Assembly (NCBI GenBank): GCA_040770465.1
Contig: JAXGJB010000054.1
Span: 1 to 10,280, forward strand
DNA length: 10,280 nt
Reading direction: 5' to 3'
From: Methanothrix sp.
GTDB taxonomy: Archaea; Halobacteriota; Methanosarcinia; Methanotrichales; Methanotrichaceae
The notes below the pieces were generated by a model. That model was given only the letters and a program-made list of their open reading frames with translations. It searched no databases and was not told the DNA's origin. The stretch's first letter is position 1. Every line of letters begins with the position of its first letter. Both the position numbers and the translations under genes were made by a program. Positions 5,861 through 10,280 of this stretch are shown piece after piece.

Positions 5861-7849
5861 TTGGCTGAAGGAAAGACAGGAACTACCAAGGTTCTGATGG
5901 AAGAGACCAGAATTTTTGAGCCGCCAAAGGCCTTGGCCGAGAACTGCAACGCCTGGCAGTGGGCGAAGAAGAAGGGGTTCAAGAGCGAGAAGGAGATGCG
6001 CGCCTGGTGCGGCGAGCACTACATCGAGTTCTGGGACGAGATGGCCAAGACATTCGCCGACTGGTACGAGCCCTACACCAAGGTGATGGACGACTCAGGC
6101 ATGCCCTACTTCAAGTGGTTCACCGGCGGCAAGATCAACGTCTTCTACAACGCCGTCGAGAGGCACATCAAGGCAGGAAAGGGCGCGAAGGTCGCATACC
6201 ACTTCATCCCCGAGCCCACCGACCAGCCCGAGAAGGCCTACACCTACCAGGAGATTTATGAGACTGTCAACAAGCTGGCAAACGGCCTGAAGAGCCTTGG
6301 CGTAAAGAAGGGTGACAGAGTATCCATCTACATGCCCATGCTGCCTGAGACCGTCATGGCGATGCTGGCCTGTGCCAAGATCGGCGCCATCCACAGCCTG
6401 GTCTTCTCCGGGTTCAGCTCCAAGGGGTTCGGCGACAGGGTCCAGGACTGTGAGGCGAAAGCGGTCTTCACGTCTGACGGCTTCTACAGGCGCGGAAAGC
6501 CGATGCCCCTCAAGCCCCAGGCTGACGAGGGCGTCAAGGACGCTCCCAGCGTAAAGAACGTCATCGTCCTCAAGAGGACCGGCCTTGAGGTCCCATGGAC
6601 CGAGGGGAGAGACGTCTGGTTCCACGAGCTTGTAGCAAGCCAGTCAGCTGACTGCGCGACTGAGGTCATGGACGCCGAAGACAGGCTATTCATCCTCTAC
6701 ACCTCCGGCACCACCGGCAAGCCCAAGGGTATAGAGCACGCCCACGGCGGATACTGCGTCTGCCCCGCTCAGACACTCAAATGGGTCTTCGATCTTAAGG
6801 AGGGTGATGTATGGTGGTGCACCGCCGACGTCGGCTGGATCACCGGCCACTCCTACGTCGCCTACGGGCCGCTCTCCCTGGGCGCGACCAGCATAATGTA
6901 TGAGGGGTCTCCCGACTTCCCGGACTTTGGCCGCTGGTACAAGATCATCCAGGAGCACAAGGTATCAGTGTTCTACACAGCACCGACCGCCGTGCGGATG
7001 CTGATGAAGCAGGGTGAAGAGTGGCCCGAGAAGTACGACCTATCCAGCATAAGGCTGCTCGGGTCCGTCGGCGAGCCTCTCAACCCCGAGGCCTACATCT
7101 GGTACAGGAAGAACTTCGCCTATGACAAGGCCCCCATCATGGACACCTGGTGGCAGACCGAGACCGGCTGCTTCGTCATATCCCCGCTGCCCATGACGCC
7201 CTGCAAGCCCGGCTCCGTCGCATACCCGCTGCCCGGCTTCAACACCACCATCTACGACGAGGACGGAAACGAGGTCCCCCTGGGAGAGGGCGGCAACATC
7301 GTCAACCCGACCCCCTGGCCGTCGATGCTCAGAGCCTTCTACAAGGACGAAGTCCGGTACAAGAAAGAGTACTGGGAGATGTACTGGAAGGTCAAGCCCG
7401 GCACCTACCTCGCCGGCGACAAGGCGACCAGAGACAAGGACGGATACTGGTTCGTCCAGGGCAGAATCGACGACGTCCTGAGCGTCGCCGGTCACAGGAT
7501 CGCCAACGCCGAGGTCGAGTCCTCCCTCGTAGCCCACAAGGCGGTATCCGAGGCTGCAGTCATCGGCAAGCCCGACGAGGTCAAGGGCGAGGCGATCGTC
7601 GCCTTCGTCATCCTGAAGAAGGGAGTCAACCCCACCGACGATCTCGCCAAGGAGCTGAAGACCCACGTCAGGACCACCATGGGACCCCTGGCCATACCCG
7701 CCGGCGTCTTCTTCGTCGACGACCTGCCCAAAACGAGGTCCGGCAAGATCATGCGCCGCGTCGTAAAGGCCAAGGCCCTCGGAAACCCCACCGGCGACAC
7801 CTCAGCTCTCGCCAACCCCGAAGCAGTGGACGGAATCCCCCTCATCTGA
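5861..7849 (+). CDS. acs: Acetyl-CoA synthetase, AMP-forming, copy 2
   Basis: 662 aa with the same signature motifs as copy 1 ([45 protein letters not shown]). TTG start 7 nt after AGGAGG. Confidence 0.97.
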   Translation: MAEGKTGTTKVLMEETRIFEPPKALAENCNAWQWAKKKGFKSEKEMRAWCGEHYIEFWDEMAKTFADWYEPYTKVMDDSGMPYFKWFTGGKINVFYNAVERHIKAGKGAKVAYHFIPEPTDQPEKAYTYQEIYETVNKLANGLKSLGVKKGDRVSIYMPMLPETVMAMLACAKIGAIHSLVFSGFSSKGFGDRVQDCEAKAVFTSDGFYRRGKPMPLKPQADEGVKDAPSVKNVIVLKRTGLEVPWTEGRDVWFHELVASQSADCATEVMDAEDRLFILYTSGTTGKPKGIEHAHGGYCVCPAQTLKWVFDLKEGDVWWCTADVGWITGHSYVAYGPLSLGATSIMYEGSPDFPDFGRWYKIIQEHKVSVFYTAPTAVRMLMKQGEEWPEKYDLSSIRLLGSVGEPLNPEAYIWYRKNFAYDKAPIMDTWWQTETGCFVISPLPMTPCKPGSVAYPLPGFNTTIYDEDGNEVPLGEGGNIVNPTPWPSMLRAFYKDEVRYKKEYWEMYWKVKPGTYLAGDKATRDKDGYWFVQGRIDDVLSVAGHRIANAEVESSLVAHKAVSEAAVIGKPDEVKGEAIVAFVILKKGVNPTDDLAKELKTHVRTTMGPLAIPAGVFFVDDLPKTRSGKIMRRVVKAKALGNPTGDTSALANPEAVDGIPLI

Positions 7850-7884
7850 GGGCGCCCGGCCACCGTCCGCCTTTTTTTATTTTT
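7839..7884 (+). terminator. Putative terminator of acs copy 2
   Basis: CCCTC-ATCT-GAGGG hairpin over the stop (7839-7852), an overlapping GGCG...CGCC stem (7851-7871), then TTTTTTTATTTTT (7872-7884). Confidence 0.7.
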
Positions 7885-8232
7885 CGTTGCTGCCTTTTCT
7901 CGGCGTATTTAAATTGGGTTCACCCGGATATTTTCGATTTTGCAAAGATTATAACGTCGATCTTTTATCCCCCCAGTTGACAGAATATGCCCGATATCGA
8001 GGGCAGCCTGCATCGGACGGGAGCACGGTCTCAGGACTATTTTAATTCCAAATCTGAAATGAGCTTGAGCTATTCAGTTCTCTCCAGATGGTCGACTGCG
8101 AAATCTCCAGCTCAATTCGGGCGAGAATAGACCGATCTTCGTCTCCAATCTCGGGGACGACACCCTCATCTTTTATCCTCAAAACTCGCCAAGAATCGAA
8201 CTCCACTTTTTGAATTAAAAATCTCCATAATC

Positions 8233-8301
8233 CTTAACAATTTTCCATCATATATCGTTATAATTCCTTATAAAAACACATTTTTCGACACATTTATAAA
8301 C
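8233..8301 (+). promoter_or_regulatory. Promoter of acs copy 3 (upstream conserved block plus BRE/TATA)
   Basis: TTTATAAA at 8293-8300. Homologous to the copy-2 promoter, with tandem decamers ATCGTTATAA-TTCCTTATAA at 8254-8273. Confidence 0.75.
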
Positions 8302-8322
8302 GAGAAGGGGAAGATCGCATCA

Positions 8323-8511
8323 GTGTTTCCGAGAATGCCCACGATAAAAGGAGTTTGCTTTGCGGTCGGTCGCAAAAAGGGAGACTCAAACCCGCACCGC
8401 ATGGCAGAAGGGAGGCGCGCTTCATCCAGACCATTTCCGTCTCCAGGTCGATCTCGTCGTTTTGAAGGGTCTTTTTGAGGAAACGCTTCAAGCTGAAAGT
8501 CAAAAGGAGGT
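8323..8511 (+). promoter_or_regulatory. Predicted structured 5' leader of acs copy 3, SD AGGAGGT 8505-8511
   Basis: Begins GTGTTTCC 30 nt from the TATA start. 8323-8345 can pair with 8456-8486. Internal hairpin at 8351-8387. Confidence 0.6.
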
Positions 8512-8517
8512 AGAAAA

Positions 8518-10280
8518 GTGGCTGAAGGAAAAACCGGAACAACCAAGGTTCTGATGGAAGAGACCAGAATTTTTGAGCCGCCAAAGGACCTCGCCGAGAA
8601 CTGCAATGCCTGGCAGTGGGCGAAGAAGAAGGGCTTTAAGACCGAGAAAGAGATGAGAGCCTGGTGCGGCGAGCACTACATCGAGTTCTGGGACGAGATG
8701 GCCAAGACCTTCGCCGACTGGTATGAGCCCTACACCAAGGTGATGGACGACTCCGCCAAGCCCTACTTCAAGTGGTTTGTCGGTGGCAAGATCAACATGT
8801 TCTACAACGCCATCGAGAGACACATCAAGGCAGGAAAGGGCGCCAAGGTCGCATACCACTTCATCCCCGAGGCGACCGACCAGGCCGAGAAGGCCTACAC
8901 CTACCAGGAGATGTACGAGACCGTCAACAAGCTGGCGAACGGTCTGAAGAGCCTCGGCGTGAAGAAGGGGGACAGAATCTCCATCTACATGCCCATGCTC
9001 CCCGAGACCGTCATGGCGATGCTGGCCTGCGCCAAGATCGGCGCCATCCACAGCCTCGTCTTCTCCGGGTTCAGCTCCAAGGGGTTCGGCGACAGGGTCC
9101 AGGACTGTGAGGCGAAGGTCGTCTTCACCGCTGACGGCTTCTACAGGCGCGGCAAGCCTCTGCCCCTCAAGCCCCAGGCCGACGACGGCGTCAAGGACGC
9201 TCCCAGCGTAAAGAACGTCATCGTCCTCAAGAGGACCGGCCTTGAGGTCCCATGGACCGAGGGGAGAGACGTCTGGTTCCACGAGCTTGTGGCAAGCCAG
9301 TCCGCAGACTGCGCGACCGAGGTCATGGACGCAGAGGACAGGCTCTTCATCCTCTACACCTCCGGTACCACCGGCAAGCCCAAGGGTATCGAGCACGCTC
9401 ACGGCGGATACTGTGTAGGCCCCGCTTACACCAGCAAGTGGGTATTCGACCTGAACGAGGATGACGTCTACTGGTGTACCGCCGACGTAGGCTGGATCAC
9501 CGGCCACTCTTACGTCGCCTACGGACCTCTCTGTCTGGGCGTCACCAGCGTCATGTACGAGGGTTCCCCCGACTATCCCGACTTCGGCCGCTGGTACAAG
9601 ATCATCGAGGACTACAAGGTCTCCGTCTTCTACACCGCTCCGACCGCAGTGCGGATGCTGATGAAGCAGGGCAACGAGTGGCCCACGAAGTACGACAGGT
9701 CCAGCGTCAGGCTGCTCGGATCCGTCGGCGAGCCCCTCAACCCCGAGGCTTACATCTGGTACCGCAAGTTCTTCGGAAACGAGGTCTCCCCCATCATGGA
9801 CACCTGGTGGCAGACCGAGTCCGGGTGCCACGTGATCTCCCCGCTGCCCATGACCCCCTGCAAGCCCGGCTCCGTCGCATACCCCCTGCCCGGCTTCAAC
9901 ACCACCCTCTTTGACGAGGACGGAAACGAGGTGCCCCTGGGATCCGGCGGCAACATCGTAAACCCGACCCCCTGGCCGTCGATGCTCAGGGCCTTCTACA
10001 AGGACGAAGTCCGGTACAAGAAGGAGTACTGGGACATGTACTGGAAGGTCAAGCCCGGCGCCTACCTCGCCGGCGACAAGGCCACCAGGGACAAGGACGG
10101 ATACTGGTTCGTCCAGGGCAGAATCGACGACGTTCTGAGCGTTGCAGGTCACAGGATCGCCAACGCCGAGGTCGAGTCCGCTCTGGTAGCCCACAAGGAC
10201 GTCGCTGAGGCGGCCGTCATCGGCAAGCCCGACGAGATCAAGGGCGAGGCCATAGTCGCCTTCGTCATCCTGAACGAGGG
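8518..10280 (+). CDS. acs: Acetyl-CoA synthetase, AMP-forming, copy 3 (3'-truncated by the window edge)
   Basis: Not in the ORF track. Translated by hand from GTG at 8518 ([22 protein letters not shown]...): 587 full codons with no stop, ending ...AFVILNE. Contains [34 protein letters not shown] and GRIDD. Colinear with copy 2 at offset 2657. Confidence 0.97.
   Translation, partial: MAEGKTGTTKVLMEETRIFEPPKDLAENCNAWQWAKKKGFKTEKEMRAWCGEHYIEFWDEMAKTFADWYEPYTKVMDDSAKPYFKWFVGGKINMFYNAIERHIKAGKGAKVAYHFIPEATDQAEKAYTYQEMYETVNKLANGLKSLGVKKGDRISIYMPMLPETVMAMLACAKIGAIHSLVFSGFSSKGFGDRVQDCEAKVVFTADGFYRRGKPLPLKPQADDGVKDAPSVKNVIVLKRTGLEVPWTEGRDVWFHELVASQSADCATEVMDAEDRLFILYTSGTTGKPKGIEHAHGGYCVGPAYTSKWVFDLNEDDVYWCTADVGWITGHSYVAYGPLCLGVTSVMYEGSPDYPDFGRWYKIIEDYKVSVFYTAPTAVRMLMKQGNEWPTKYDRSSVRLLGSVGEPLNPEAYIWYRKFFGNEVSPIMDTWWQTESGCHVISPLPMTPCKPGSVAYPLPGFNTTLFDEDGNEVPLGSGGNIVNPTPWPSMLRAFYKDEVRYKKEYWDMYWKVKPGAYLAGDKATRDKDGYWFVQGRIDDVLSVAGHRIANAEVESALVAHKDVAEAAVIGKPDEIKGEAIVAFVILNE

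Noticed and set aside
7150-7980. 276-aa alternative-frame ORF overlapping the end of acs2, plus other Arg/Gly/Pro-rich shifted-frame ORFs
   Set aside because: Composition is typical of off-frame translation of GC-rich genes, it has no recognisable motifs, and it runs through the acs2 terminator.
8081-8227. Recurring (T)CTCCA at 8081, 8104, 8142, 8201 and 8222 as a possible CRISPR or iteron array
   Set aside because: The unit is only 5-6 nt with irregular spacing and no longer conserved repeat.
8268-8606. Track ORFs over the acs3 promoter and leader (8268-8606 -, 8294-8584 -, 8360-8554 +) and 2941-3261 - over the acs1 leader
   Set aside because: They overlap acs starts and promoter elements, have no recognisable domains, and are not preserved between paralogous regions.
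8500-10194. 564-aa minus-strand ORF, and similar ones at 3092-4093, 4115-4957, 6095-6625 and 7040-7666
   Set aside because: They lie antisense to acs in matching codon register. High GC3 bias removes stops in that frame, and the equivalent frame is broken at different places in each paralogue.
1-10280. tRNA, rRNA, CRISPR array, intact transposase or integrase
   Set aside because: No cloverleaf, rRNA-like sequence, regular repeat-spacer array or mobile-element ORF was seen.

Overview
GC-rich archaeal DNA, most consistent with an aceticlastic methanogen of the Methanothrix/Methanosaeta group. This is inferred from the tandem acs paralogues, BRE-TATA promoters and long leaders. All well-supported genes are on the + strand: the probable 3' end of an upstream gene, an AI-2E-family membrane protein (217-1437), an archaeal MtaB/CDKAL1-type tRNA methylthiotransferase (1471-2697), and three tandem AMP-forming acetyl-CoA synthetase genes (3098-5098, 5861-7849, and 8518 to beyond the window edge; the third is missing from the ORF track). 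Each acs copy appears to have its own promoter, a ~145-195 nt leader, a strong AGGAGG site and a non-AUG start. The most interesting signal is non-coding. The leaders of acs copies 2 and 3 are largely unalignable internally, yet both can fold into a long rod that pairs the predicted transcript 5' end (GUGUUUCC) with a segment 17-18 nt upstream of the SD, and the paralogue differences preserve pairing. Both promoters also share an upstream block with a tandem decamer whose core recurs in an inverted repeat around the copy-1 TATA box. All folding and alignment was done by eye.
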